Translations under genes and position numbers: made by a program | The notes under the pieces: model-generated | Told to the model about the DNA's origin: nothing | Databases searched by the model: none | Seen by the model: only the letters and a program-made list of their open reading frames with translations | Shown: positions 42,563-53,502 of the stretch, piece after piece | Layout of the letters: each line of letters begins with the position of its first letter | Numbering within the stretch: position 1 is the first letter of the stretch | Assembly: GCA_965200245.1 (NCBI GenBank) | Contig: CBDATS010000002.1 | Coordinates: 160,001-224,000, forward strand | Direction: 5' to 3' | Origin: a bacterium | GTDB lineage: Bacteria > UBA8248 | Length of the DNA stretch: 64,000 nucleotides

Positions 42563-43753
42563 TTATGCGTTCGCTTTGCGTCGCTGCAGAGTTTCCAGCC
42601 AACCTTTCAGAGTGTCCACGACTTTCTGGTCGGCCAGAGCAGGAATCCGGTCCGAAGGGTCTGTAGCTTCTTCCGCTTCGTGACGCAACTGTGATACGGC
42701 CAATATTTCCTTTTTTTGCTCAAGTACCGAGATTTTTTCCAAAATCCAGGGGTCATCCCGCCCCAGAACCTGTGCTTTTCGACACACGTCCAGTGCCTGC
42801 GCGTCGTTTTCCTCTTGTACATATAGTTCAACCAATTCCCGGAGAAAAGAATCGACGAGTTCTTCGTTTACAGCAACCGGCTCTTCTGAACTGGGGCCGG
42901 ATTCCCGTTCCTCCTCATCGAGTTCCAACATTTCTGCCACAGGGCTTGAGTCACCCGCTGATTTTTCAAGCCCCGGCGGCGATGTTTCGGCATCAACTAT
43001 GTCCGGGTCGATCTCATCAGGCGTGACGACATCCGACTCTGCCTTATCGGGTACGTCTGCTTCGCCTTTAACTTCACCTGCGATTAAATCGAGATTTGCT
43101 TCCATCCCAGGGTATCCCGTGGGCACATCAACCTCCCCGCCCTGGGATATTTGCTCCTGGATAGCAGCCAATCTCTCATTCCATTCGACCTTTTCGTCTT
43201 GAGCGGGCCCAGATTCCAAAAGACGCACATAGATGTCCCGTGCCATTCCCAGATGGCCCTGAGCGAAATACAACTCAGCGAGAGCCGGTGTGGCCAAGGC
43301 ATCCGACTCATCTTCGGGAACAACAACGGAGGTATCATCAGCATAAGAATCGGTCACCACACTCCGGGGCGTTACTTCATCGGCTTGGAACATATCTGCC
43401 ACTCCCAGAACGGCTTGTGTGGCTTCCTCATCACCTTTTTGCCGGTAACACTGGGACAAGAGAAGCTGACCCGAAATGTTCCAGGGAACAATTTCCAGTG
43501 ATTTTGCAAGAAAACGCGACGCCTGTTCGTATTCACCTTTCGAGATCAGTATCTCTCCAAGCAAAACACCTGCGGCCGCGTAGTTGGGGTAGGTTGCAAG
43601 TCCGTTTTTCAGGAGATTTTCTGCATATTCTGCTTCGCCTTTCTCCCACAAAAGGGAGGCCAAAGGGAAAAAAGCAGCCGAAGCAGGATATTGTTGCAAC
43701 CGCTCCTCCAGAGCTTTAATTCGGTCTTCCGGATTATCCAAGCGAAGTATCAT
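42563..43753 (-). CDS. TPR-repeat protein with an acidic low-complexity linker
   Basis: N-terminal TPRs, ATPALAELYFAQGH motif, C-terminal helix TLKGWLETLQRRK. Confidence 0.8.
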   Translation of the reverse strand: MILRLDNPEDRIKALEERLQQYPASAAFFPLASLLWEKGEAEYAENLLKNGLATYPNYAAAGVLLGEILISKGEYEQASRFLAKSLEIVPWNISGQLLLSQCYRQKGDEEATQAVLGVADMFQADEVTPRSVVTDSYADDTSVVVPEDESDALATPALAELYFAQGHLGMARDIYVRLLESGPAQDEKVEWNERLAAIQEQISQGGEVDVPTGYPGMEANLDLIAGEVKGEADVPDKAESDVVTPDEIDPDIVDAETSPPGLEKSAGDSSPVAEMLELDEEERESGPSSEEPVAVNEELVDSFLRELVELYVQEENDAQALDVCRKAQVLGRDDPWILEKISVLEQKKEILAVSQLRHEAEEATDPSDRIPALADQKVVDTLKGWLETLQRRKANA

Positions 43754-43898
43754 CGATACCTAGTTCTCGGTGGGAAACAGGGACGCATACTCACCATAGG
43801 GTAAATGCTAGCAAAGAGCATTCTGTTCTGACAAGAGTCCGCACATGCTGCATCACCAAACTCTATTCTCAGAATGGGTTGTGGATTCTGCTCTATTG

Positions 43899-44327
43899 TT
43901 ACGAATCAATGACGGCCAGGGCATTTACTTCGATAAGACAACGTGGATCCGTAGCAAGCTGGACTACCTGAACAGTGGTAGTGGTCGGTTTATGGTCTCC
44001 GAAATACTCCCCCCATACCTGATTCAAGGAATCTTGTTCCGACAAGTCAGTTACGAACCGGTTGGCGGAGACGACATCGCCAAAATTGCCGCCCACCGTC
44101 TCGAGGCTTCTCTTCAGATTCTCCAGCATCGCCCGGGCCTGGCCCTCCATATCCAGTGGCATGTGCTCAAACTCTTCCGGCCGATGCGGATGGTGATGAT
44201 ATACGGGAGCCGCCGTCACTCCAGCGAGAAACACCAGGCTGCCTCCGGTGACCTTGATAGCCGGAGCATAGGGCATCCACATATCGGGGGCGTCCGGCCA
44301 ATGGAGGTGTTCTACTTTTTTGCTCAT
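43899..44327 (-). CDS. Rid (YjgF/YER057c/UK114) family protein, non-RidA subfamily
   Basis: VFLAGVT, QARAMLENLK..L, WGEYF, PTTTTVQV (no catalytic Arg), LIEVNALA. Confidence 0.85.
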   Translation of the reverse strand: MSKKVEHLHWPDAPDMWMPYAPAIKVTGGSLVFLAGVTAAPVYHHHPHRPEEFEHMPLDMEGQARAMLENLKRSLETVGGNFGDVVSANRFVTDLSEQDSLNQVWGEYFGDHKPTTTTVQVVQLATDPRCLIEVNALAVIDS

Positions 44328-44642
44328 TGAAAGCTCCTTCCTCTATAAAAAACCGGTCATATACCAATACTTTTGCCCGAAAATGCACTGTCGTACTTTC
44401 GAACGATTCAGGTGAGAGAATAGCGAAACGAATCCTTTCGTCAATCAAACTACGCCTGGAGACTACCATCACATCAACAACTGACAGGATGACACCCGCA
44501 AACCGTTACAAACTCCATGCCCCAGAAACCGTATCCACGCCACGACCGGAAAACGCAAATCCTGTGAAAGGATTTACCATGCACGGAATCTATTCGATAA
44601 TTACCACCTGTAGATTTTTATCCGCATGAGAAAGGAAAGCCC

Positions 44643-45407
44643 GTGACTACAAGAATACTGGCAGACAAGCGCGTTATCATCACAGGAGCATCAACAGGAA
44701 TCGGAGCCGCCATCGCTCGCGAATACGCCAGGGCAGGAGCTCAAATATGGGGCGCCGGTGGCAGCGATATGCAAGGCCTGCAAGAAACCATGAACGCATG
44801 TACAGGCTTTGGCGGAAACGCCGATGGAAAATGTTATGATTTATCGAATGCACGCTGTGCATCTCAACTGATCCATGACGGTGTCGAATTTCTGGGGGGA
44901 CTTGATATTCTGGTCTTCTGCGCAGGCACACGCGCCTTCAAACCGATTGTCGAAATCACGGATGATGAAATCGACCTCCTGTTCGAAGTGAATGCAAAAG
45001 CCGCCTACATTGCATCCCGCGAAGCGGCGAAAGTGATGATTCCTCAAAAAAGCGGTTCAATCCTGATGATTGGCTCATCCGCCGGCCACCGAGGCAGAGC
45101 CGACACGAGTCTCTATTCGGTGACCAAATCCGTACTTCATCATCTCACGAAATGTCTGGCCCTGGAATTGGGGCCGTTGGGAATGCGCGTGAACTGCCTG
45201 GCTCCGGGCCTAGTCGCAAGCCCGCGCGTAAAGGCGAGGCTTGATGCAAAACCTGAATATTTTGAGTCCAGACTTGAAGGCATACCGATTCACCAAATCG
45301 GTACAGTCGAGAATATGGCGGCCACTGCCCTGTTTATGGTCTCTCCAGAGAACGAATTCATGAATGGCTCGATTGTACTTTCAGATGGGGGCGTCACGGC
45401 AGGATAG
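44643..45407 (+). CDS. SDR family oxidoreductase
   Basis: TGASTGIG, YSVTK, RVNCLAPG, DGG. Confidence 0.9.
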   Translation: MTTRILADKRVIITGASTGIGAAIAREYARAGAQIWGAGGSDMQGLQETMNACTGFGGNADGKCYDLSNARCASQLIHDGVEFLGGLDILVFCAGTRAFKPIVEITDDEIDLLFEVNAKAAYIASREAAKVMIPQKSGSILMIGSSAGHRGRADTSLYSVTKSVLHHLTKCLALELGPLGMRVNCLAPGLVASPRVKARLDAKPEYFESRLEGIPIHQIGTVENMAATALFMVSPENEFMNGSIVLSDGGVTAG

Positions 45408-45412
45408 CAACC

Positions 45413-46768
45413 ATGCACGATGTGATGAAAATACCTGCAAGGAAGAAGATTGCATATCTGTTGGCTCTCGTCTGCACCCTCACCCTGTATCCGTATGGAA
45501 ACAGCACTGAAGGAGGAACAACCCTAGACACGCATCAGACATACACGGCACCGGTGTCAAGCAAAACGAAGTGGTTATTGACAGCTCCCGCCGAAAAAGG
45601 CTCTTCCAGGACACACACTACCCTCCTGGCCTTTACCACGGATGGCGATTTTCATCCCATTACCTTCCCCCAAAAGGGTGGTGTCTTTCGTGTACGCGTA
45701 AAGGACCATCCCACACCCTCCGACCTAGCCGCCGATGTCCCTCCCACGAAGTTGCCCGACGGGAGTTTTGTCGGCGTAGGGAAAAGCGGAATGTTTATCA
45801 ATGTCGACACCATAGAAAAACGTTGGTTGTTCGTCTGGCCCAGCATTCGTCCTTCCATCCTATCAAAACCCGCCGTGCTGGGCCGGGACGTTGTGGCAAT
45901 GGTCGGCGTCGATGGCTCCATCCTTTTGTTTCAAAAACAAGGGGACAAATGGCTCCAGACCCAACTCATCAAAGCGCAAGTCGCGAGAGCATTGCCCGAC
46001 GCCGTCTTGACGACAGCCGATCTTGACGGAGACGGGAGCAAGGAACTCATCGTGCCTGTTACATCATCAAAGCGGTACAGGCACTCCGTGTCAGGCGGCA
46101 ACACCGAGCCCACAGAAATTCACGCCTATCGATTTCACCAGAAGTCTCTCGAACTGATGGCCACTTACACGGCAAGCAAGAACAGTGTTTTCAAAGCTAT
46201 CGGTGCCCTCGCCTCAGACTTGGACAGGGATGGGAAACAGGAAATTCTCGTCACCAAAAGGGACCCCGAAAATGGATCAACCCACCTCGTTTTGGGAATG
46301 AGAAACAAAAAACTGGTACTCAAGGCTCGAAGCAAAACTATCGGAACAGGAAATCGCTGGTCACACATTTTAGGCGCATTCAACATCGACGGTGGCGATT
46401 CGAAAATCCTCGCAGTAGAAACACCACATCTGGCTGGTTCTCTACTGGCACTGAGACTCAGCGACAAAAGACTCCGCGAGCGGGCGCGTATGGGAGGTGT
46501 CACTACACATTCGGTTGATTCCCGAAACCCATGGAAATTCGCATTGCTGAGACGACGCGGCCTAGTGGAAATCGTGATCCAGGAAATCGGCCATCGGCAT
46601 TTGAACGGATTCGCGCTTTTCGGAAATCGCTGGCATTCCCGGTGGTCGCAACCGATTCCCTCACCCGTTAGATCCAATATACTCACAGCGGATTTCAATC
46701 AAGACGAGAAAGACGACATCGCTTTCGCCGATCAATCGGGACTGGTGCATATCTATTTATCAAGATAA
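45413..46768 (+). CDS. Secreted FG-GAP/VCBS-repeat beta-propeller-like protein
   Basis: Signal-like N-terminus; ADLDGDGSKEL, DLDRDGKQEI and ADFNQDEKDDI loops; IG..NRW and TPHL motifs. Confidence 0.72.
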   Translation: MHDVMKIPARKKIAYLLALVCTLTLYPYGNSTEGGTTLDTHQTYTAPVSSKTKWLLTAPAEKGSSRTHTTLLAFTTDGDFHPITFPQKGGVFRVRVKDHPTPSDLAADVPPTKLPDGSFVGVGKSGMFINVDTIEKRWLFVWPSIRPSILSKPAVLGRDVVAMVGVDGSILLFQKQGDKWLQTQLIKAQVARALPDAVLTTADLDGDGSKELIVPVTSSKRYRHSVSGGNTEPTEIHAYRFHQKSLELMATYTASKNSVFKAIGALASDLDRDGKQEILVTKRDPENGSTHLVLGMRNKKLVLKARSKTIGTGNRWSHILGAFNIDGGDSKILAVETPHLAGSLLALRLSDKRLRERARMGGVTTHSVDSRNPWKFALLRRRGLVEIVIQEIGHRHLNGFALFGNRWHSRWSQPIPSPVRSNILTADFNQDEKDDIAFADQSGLVHIYLSR

Positions 46769-46825
46769 TCCTGACTGATGAAACATTTCTCAACAATCGG
46801 TGTTTCCGGGAATGACGGAGTTACG

Positions 46826-48148
<1,323 letters not shown>

Positions 48149-48311
48149 TCATGACCGGCCACACAAGGTCGCCTAGGGTAGCCCATCTACGAGAATGGAG
48201 AAAAGGCTGGAAAGAACTTTTATTTCCCGATTCAATTTGCATTTTCAAAACATCGAATGATATCGCAGTCGAAACACTTTCTTTGTTTCCGAAAAACACG
48301 AGGAGCACCGA

Positions 48312-49526
48312 ATGATGCCTTTGACAGGTATACGCGTACTGGACTTGAGCCGTCTGCTTCCTGGCGGACAATGCACCTTGATGCTTGCCGATATGGGTGC
48401 GAACGTCGTCAAAATCGAAGAACCACTGCGTGGAGATTACATTCGCCTCGCATCTCCTTTTGATCAGCATGGCGTTTCTCCCCTTCACCTATGCTACAAC
48501 CGCAACAAACGCTCCCTGGTTCTGGATCTCAAAAACGAATGTGGTGTATCCACACTACTCAGGTTGGTGAAAGATACGGACGTGCTTGTCGACAGCTTCA
48601 GGCCCGGAGTGATGGAACGCCTCGGCATCGGTTACCAAAGACTCAAAGAAGAGAACCCCGCCCTTGTCCATTGCGCCATCACCGGATACGGACAGGAAGG
48701 ACCTCTGGCTCGAACGCCAGGGCATGACCTGAACTTCCAGGCCCTGGGTGGCGTCGTTGAACTCACAGGCACCGCTGGAGGGCCTCCCTATGTTCCGGGG
48801 GTACTCATCGGTGATGTGGGCGCAGGCATGTGGGCGGCTTTCGCCATACTCGCAGCCCTCCGCCTTGCAGAGCGTACGGGTGTTGGCCAATTCATCGACA
48901 TGTCGATGCTCGACGCGGTGATGGGCTTCCTATCCATTCATGGGCAGACATATCTATCGACGAAACAGAGCCCAGGGCGTGAAGAGATGCGGCACAATGG
49001 CCGAAGGCCATGTTATCGCCTCTATCCAACCAAAGACGGCAGAATGATTTCCGTCGCGTGCTCGGAACCGAAATTCTGGGTGAATCTATGCAAGCTTATC
49101 GGGCATGACGATTTTCATGAAGATTATGGCGCCAGAGGCGAGCGCCGTACAGAAGTAATCCAGGCGCTCAACAAGACTTTTCAGACGAAAACACTCGAAG
49201 AGTGGATCACGTTTTTTGAAGGCGCGGATGTATGCGTGAGCCCAGCACTGAACGTGCGGGAAAGTTTCGAGCACACACATGTGAAATCAAGTGGGCTCGT
49301 GAGGCAATACCAACACCCTGTCGATGGAACTTATCCCGGCACACGACCGGCGCCGAAGTTTTCAAACCTCTCCATAAGGGACTCCCTCCCTCCACCTCGA
49401 TTGGGGGAACATTCCGTTGAAATACTCAGGGAATACGGCTTTCAGGATGAGGAAATCGAGAATTTGATGGCTTCAGGCGCTTCCCACAGGGGTGCTGACC
49501 CAGCAGGTGAAACCATCAGCGAGTAA
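48312..49526 (+). CDS. CoA-transferase family III (CaiB/BaiF/AMACR-like)
   Basis: PLTGIRVLDLSRLLPG, NRNKRS, FRPGVMERLG, GHDLNF, D at the catalytic position (IGDVG), PRLGEHS. Confidence 0.92.
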   Translation: MMPLTGIRVLDLSRLLPGGQCTLMLADMGANVVKIEEPLRGDYIRLASPFDQHGVSPLHLCYNRNKRSLVLDLKNECGVSTLLRLVKDTDVLVDSFRPGVMERLGIGYQRLKEENPALVHCAITGYGQEGPLARTPGHDLNFQALGGVVELTGTAGGPPYVPGVLIGDVGAGMWAAFAILAALRLAERTGVGQFIDMSMLDAVMGFLSIHGQTYLSTKQSPGREEMRHNGRRPCYRLYPTKDGRMISVACSEPKFWVNLCKLIGHDDFHEDYGARGERRTEVIQALNKTFQTKTLEEWITFFEGADVCVSPALNVRESFEHTHVKSSGLVRQYQHPVDGTYPGTRPAPKFSNLSIRDSLPPPRLGEHSVEILREYGFQDEEIENLMASGASHRGADPAGETISE

Positions 49527-49579
49527 AGCTACCCGGTAAAATTCACCAACGAAAGAACCGGGGGTTCCTTTCAGGAGAA

Positions 49580-50044
49580 TTATCCGCTACTGGTACGATC
49601 TTCCAGTTTTTCCAGCTCGGCTTCGAAGTCTTTCAGGGTCTTGAATGAACGATAGACCGATGCGAATCGCACATAGGCCACCTCATCCACATCCCGCAAC
49701 TCTTCCATCAGTCTTTCGCCTATCGCTTCCGTCAATACCTCCTTCTCGCCACTATCAAGAATATATCGCTCGACCCGGTCGACGATTGCCTCTTGATCCT
49801 CGGCAGAGACAGGCCTTTTTTCCAGCGCCTTCTTGATGCCTATGCTAATCTTCTCGCGGAGATAATTTACGCGTGTGCCATCTTTTTTCACGACGAGCGG
49901 CCAGGAGACTTCCGCCCTCTCATAGGTCGTGAAACGATGAGCGCATCTCTCGCACTCCCGCCTTCTGCGAATCGAATTCCCTCCCTTGGTCGTCCGGCTG
50001 TCGACCACCTTGCTCTCTGAGTGACTACAAATCGGACATTTCAT
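49580..50044 (-). CDS. nrdR: Transcriptional repressor NrdR
   Basis: MKCPIC...SKVVDSR, IRRRREC..C, ATP-cone, [11 protein letters not shown]. Confidence 0.98.
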   Translation of the reverse strand: MKCPICSHSESKVVDSRTTKGGNSIRRRRECERCAHRFTTYERAEVSWPLVVKKDGTRVNYLREKISIGIKKALEKRPVSAEDQEAIVDRVERYILDSGEKEVLTEAIGERLMEELRDVDEVAYVRFASVYRSFKTLKDFEAELEKLEDRTSSG

Positions 50045-50071
50045 AAGAATCCAGTCCGGGCAGTAGAATCA

Positions 50072-50530
50072 TCAGGACATCAACTGGAACGCATCTTCAA
50101 TATCAACAATCTTGTCCAAACGACGGGCGTGTCGCCCACCTTCAAATTCTGTCTCAAACCAGATGGAAACAATTTCCTTCGCTGACTCCAGGCTCACCAC
50201 CCGGCCACCCAGAGCCAAAATATTGGCATCATTGTGCAGGCGGCTCATCCGAGCTGTCCATTCGTTGTGACAGGCAACGGCGCGTACACCCGGAAATTTA
50301 TTCGCCACAATGACCATGCCCGCAGCCGATCCACAACAGAAAATTCCCCTCTCGCTGCTGCCTTCGCTTACGGAACGGGCAGCCGGTCCGGCAAAGTCGG
50401 GGTAATCACAAGACTCACCTGAATTCGTACCGAAATCCTGATATGAAATACCCCTGTCCTCAAGCAGCTTTTTGACAGTCTCCTTGAGTTCAAATCCACC
50501 ATGATCAGATGCAAGAGCAATTTGATTCAT
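50072..50530 (-). CDS. rpiB: Ribose-5-phosphate isomerase B
   Basis: ASDHGG, DYPD, ANKFPGVRA, HNDAN, FEGGRHARR. Start ATG 50530. Confidence 0.96.
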   Translation of the reverse strand: MNQIALASDHGGFELKETVKKLLEDRGISYQDFGTNSGESCDYPDFAGPAARSVSEGSSERGIFCCGSAAGMVIVANKFPGVRAVACHNEWTARMSRLHNDANILALGGRVVSLESAKEIVSIWFETEFEGGRHARRLDKIVDIEDAFQLMS

Positions 50531-50580
50531 CGGGACTCTCCGGGCGATATCTGATACCTGCTGGCGGGAAACAACTATCA

Positions 50581-50609
50581 AAACTAGGGTTTAGCAAACC
50601 ATAAGTCAA
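50581..50609 (-). promoter_or_regulatory. Sigma70-type promoter for rpiB-nrdR
   Basis: Minus strand TTGACT-N17-TAGTTT. Confidence 0.5.
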
Positions 50610-50735
50610 GTGCTCGCTCGCCACCCTGCTATTCCGGTATCTTCGGGTTACGGCTGGAAGATACCCCGCAAAACAACCATTACAAACGATGCCAACGATT
50701 TTTTTCCGGCGCAAATCCCTTGTGTTCAAAAGCTA

Positions 50736-52010
50736 TCAGAATGGCTTCAATTCTGTTCCAGCAATTGATTTGCCCAAAAGAATCCTGGATGCTTCCTGCG
50801 ACGTTTTCTTGAATTCATTTTCGGCGGTCAGCCTCTCTCCCTTCTCCTGCAAGCAGCGCGCCTCGATCAAATGCAAAACCAGCCGCAGCCAGGGCTCCTC
50901 GTAATTTTCCTCAGAGGCGGCCATGGCGGACACTTGCTCCAGACTTTTTTCTGCTTTCTCGATTTGACCTGCTTCGAGCATCAACGCTGCATGCAGTACA
51001 TGATGATGGATATCTTTCTCTCGGCGCCTGCCCGCAGATTGAATGTTGGAAGCAGCTTTTTTTATCACGCTTTTTGACTCCAACGGGCCGACTGCCAGCG
51101 CAAGTCTCTGCAGGAACTCCAAACCACCGAAAGTCTGATAGCCATTTTCCCATGTACGCTGCGCGCGACGATCACGGCCTGCCGCTAACTGGGCATCGCC
51201 CAACAGGAGGTATGATTTCTTTTCATTGGCCAGATGACGTAGAGATTGTTCCAGAAAAGGAATGGCCGCTTCTGGCTCGGAATGGTTTAACTTCGCCTCG
51301 CCTGCCGCCAGATAAACGCGGCCGGCGACCTGGTTATCCGCTCGCCGATCAAGATCAGATACACTTGATTGTGAGAGTTTTTCACAAACCTCAACGGCGG
51401 CCTCAAAACGATCATTTTCAAAGTACATATCCCTGAGTTTTCGCAATACCATGGGGTTCGCACCTTTCCCCCTGCTGTTTTGTGCCAGCAACTCGAGAGC
51501 TTCTTTTGCATGTCCGGAATGACCGAGCGTCTCCGACAACCGGATGACGGAATCAGGGGAGTTGTTCGTAACAGCACGAAGGCGCTCGTTCCATCGAATG
51601 GCGTCATTCGTATTGCCGGAATCTGTCGCTAGATCCGCGGCAAGTCTCAAGGCAGGAATATAGGAGGGATTATCCTTGAGAGCGCGTCTGAGTTCTCTTC
51701 TGGCGCGTCGTCTCTTGCCCTGCACTCCAAGACTTTGCGCCCTGGCGAAACGCTCTTGTGCGCGATCCAGCCGTTTCTGTTTCCTGGCCACCTTCTTGCG
51801 TGAAAACCACCCAAGGGCGGCTTCGCCCCACCCCAGGACGGAAGCCAACAACGAACCTGCGAGAGCGGCACCGATTACCACCAGCGCCAAGGGAACCCGT
51901 ATAGACCAGGCATCAGAAAGATGCAGGTCTATGACTTCTCGATTGTAGTGAAGAAAATAAACGGCGGACGCAACCGGAATCAGCAGGATCAGGAGAGTCC
52001 GAATTCTCAT
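50736..52010 (-). CDS. LapA-domain plus TPR protein (LapA-LapB-like fusion, no rubredoxin domain)
   Basis: Two N-terminal TM segments with the N...I.L.......VPL LapA pattern, followed by TPRs; no C-terminal CxxC pairs. Confidence 0.6.
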   Translation of the reverse strand: MRIRTLLILLIPVASAVYFLHYNREVIDLHLSDAWSIRVPLALVVIGAALAGSLLASVLGWGEAALGWFSRKKVARKQKRLDRAQERFARAQSLGVQGKRRRARRELRRALKDNPSYIPALRLAADLATDSGNTNDAIRWNERLRAVTNNSPDSVIRLSETLGHSGHAKEALELLAQNSRGKGANPMVLRKLRDMYFENDRFEAAVEVCEKLSQSSVSDLDRRADNQVAGRVYLAAGEAKLNHSEPEAAIPFLEQSLRHLANEKKSYLLLGDAQLAAGRDRRAQRTWENGYQTFGGLEFLQRLALAVGPLESKSVIKKAASNIQSAGRRREKDIHHHVLHAALMLEAGQIEKAEKSLEQVSAMAASEENYEEPWLRLVLHLIEARCLQEKGERLTAENEFKKTSQEASRILLGKSIAGTELKPF

Positions 52011-52031
52011 TCGTGACTCAACGCCGGGAAT

Positions 52032-52409
52032 TTAACTTCCGCCGCGCCTTTCAATTGCGTTTTGAGCAGCCACTGTATATCGCGCATAAGGGATCGCTTC
52101 CAGGCGGGAATAGGGGATCGGCTCATCCGACTCTTCACAAATACCATAAAGCCCATCTTCGATCCTCTGAAATGCCGCCTCCACTTCCCGCAAACGCTCC
52201 CGTTCCCTTGCTCCCAAGTCCATCAAAACCTGACGGGAACAAGTGTCAGCGGCCATGTCTGCAATATCCTGAATTCCATCGTCACCTATTTCTTTGGTGT
52301 GTATCCTGCTTTTCTCTACATCACCCAGGATTTCCCGGCGCACCTGATTCAATCTCTCTTCCAATTCTTTCAACTGTTTTTTTGTCAAATGTTTCACTTT
52401 GAACCTCAA
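52032..52409 (-). CDS. TraR/DksA family transcription factor (single-Cys finger)
   Basis: DIADMA coiled-coil tip, AFQRIEDGLYGICEESDEPI..SRLEAIP. Start may be GTG at 52397. Confidence 0.88.
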   Translation of the reverse strand: MRFKVKHLTKKQLKELEERLNQVRREILGDVEKSRIHTKEIGDDGIQDIADMAADTCSRQVLMDLGARERERLREVEAAFQRIEDGLYGICEESDEPIPYSRLEAIPYARYTVAAQNAIERRGGS

Positions 52410-52424
52410 TGCTCATTCTTATGC

Positions 52425-52781
52425 CTAGGCACTAGGCGTCATTGGCTTGATAGCGGGTGCATGTGACCATAAATTTTCCAATCGATAGTAATCCCTGCTC
52501 TTTTCGTTGAATATATGGACAAGAACATCACCACAATCAATCAAAACCCAATTGCCCTCTTCCAACCCTTCAGTCAACAATACAGTATCACCAATTCTCT
52601 TGATTTCTTCTTTCGCCGCCTCACACAGTGCTTTCACATGGCGGACACCCGTTCCGTGACAAATCAGAAATGCATCCACCTCTGCCGACAGAGGCCGAAG
52701 ATCCAAAAGCACAAGATCCATCGCTTTCTTCGTCTCCAATGACTCTTGGAGAGCGTGGAGCCGATCCTCTAGTTTCTTAAT
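52425..52781 (-). CDS. rsfS: Ribosome silencing factor RsfS (Iojap), probable ATT start
   Basis: KKAMDLVLLDL, EG....WVLIDCGDVLVHIF, RDYYRLENLW; follows nadD. The start choice (ATT 52781 versus ATG 52829) is inferred. Confidence 0.93.
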   Translation of the reverse strand: MKKLEDRLHALQESLETKKAMDLVLLDLRPLSAEVDAFLICHGTGVRHVKALCEAAKEEIKRIGDTVLLTEGLEEGNWVLIDCGDVLVHIFNEKSRDYYRLENLWSHAPAIKPMTPSA

Positions 52782-52803
52782 GGGTCTGCATCCTCCTTGA
52801 TCT

Positions 52804-53502
52804 TCAGCAAGCAACTCCCGAACACCCATATAATCGGCGGCGAATTATAAAGAGTTCGACCTCGCGAGGCAATAAATCCTCAATGGAGGAAGATTCATTT
52901 ATACACTTCCTGATCCGGGTGGCCGAAATGTCAATTTCAGGGATCGGAACAAATCTGATGACCCGCTCACTATCTGCAAATTTGATTTCCTGCAAGGACT
53001 TATCGAAACTGCAATCCGGCCGGATTTCCCGAATCACTCGAAGAAGCGCTTCGAGATACTCCGATTCATTCTGATTTCCTCTCAGGGTTACAGCAAAATT
53101 GGCGGTGTTCAAGACCTCTTTTGGCCTGTGCCATGTACCTAACTCAAGAAAGGCATCCGCACCGATGATGAAAAACATTACGTCTTCATCCGATATCGTT
53201 CTCGCCAGTTCCTCCAATGTATCAAGAGTATAGGATGTCCCTCCCCGCTCTATCTCCATTGAATCACATACATACGCGGGGTTAGTCGCCAGGGCAATAC
53301 GAACCATTTCCAGCCTGTCGGAGGCATGGGCGACTTCGGCCTGTGGCTTATGGGGTGGCAAAGCAGACGGTACAAACCTGATTTCATCAAGCATGAGGGC
53401 ATTACGCACCTCTTCGGCGGATTGGAGGTGCCCATAGTGAATCGGGTTGAATGTCCCGCCCAGAATCCCGATGCGCAATCGTTCTCCTTGGTTCCCTGTC
53501 AT
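52804..53502 (-). CDS. nadD: Nicotinate-nucleotide adenylyltransferase
   Basis: GGTFNPIHYGH, PPHK, SYTLDTL, IIGAD, ISATRIR. Confidence 0.96.
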   Translation of the reverse strand: MTGNQGERLRIGILGGTFNPIHYGHLQSAEEVRNALMLDEIRFVPSALPPHKPQAEVAHASDRLEMVRIALATNPAYVCDSMEIERGGTSYTLDTLEELARTISDEDVMFFIIGADAFLELGTWHRPKEVLNTANFAVTLRGNQNESEYLEALLRVIREIRPDCSFDKSLQEIKFADSERVIRFVPIPEIDISATRIRKCINESSSIEDLLPREVELFIIRRRLYGCSGVAC

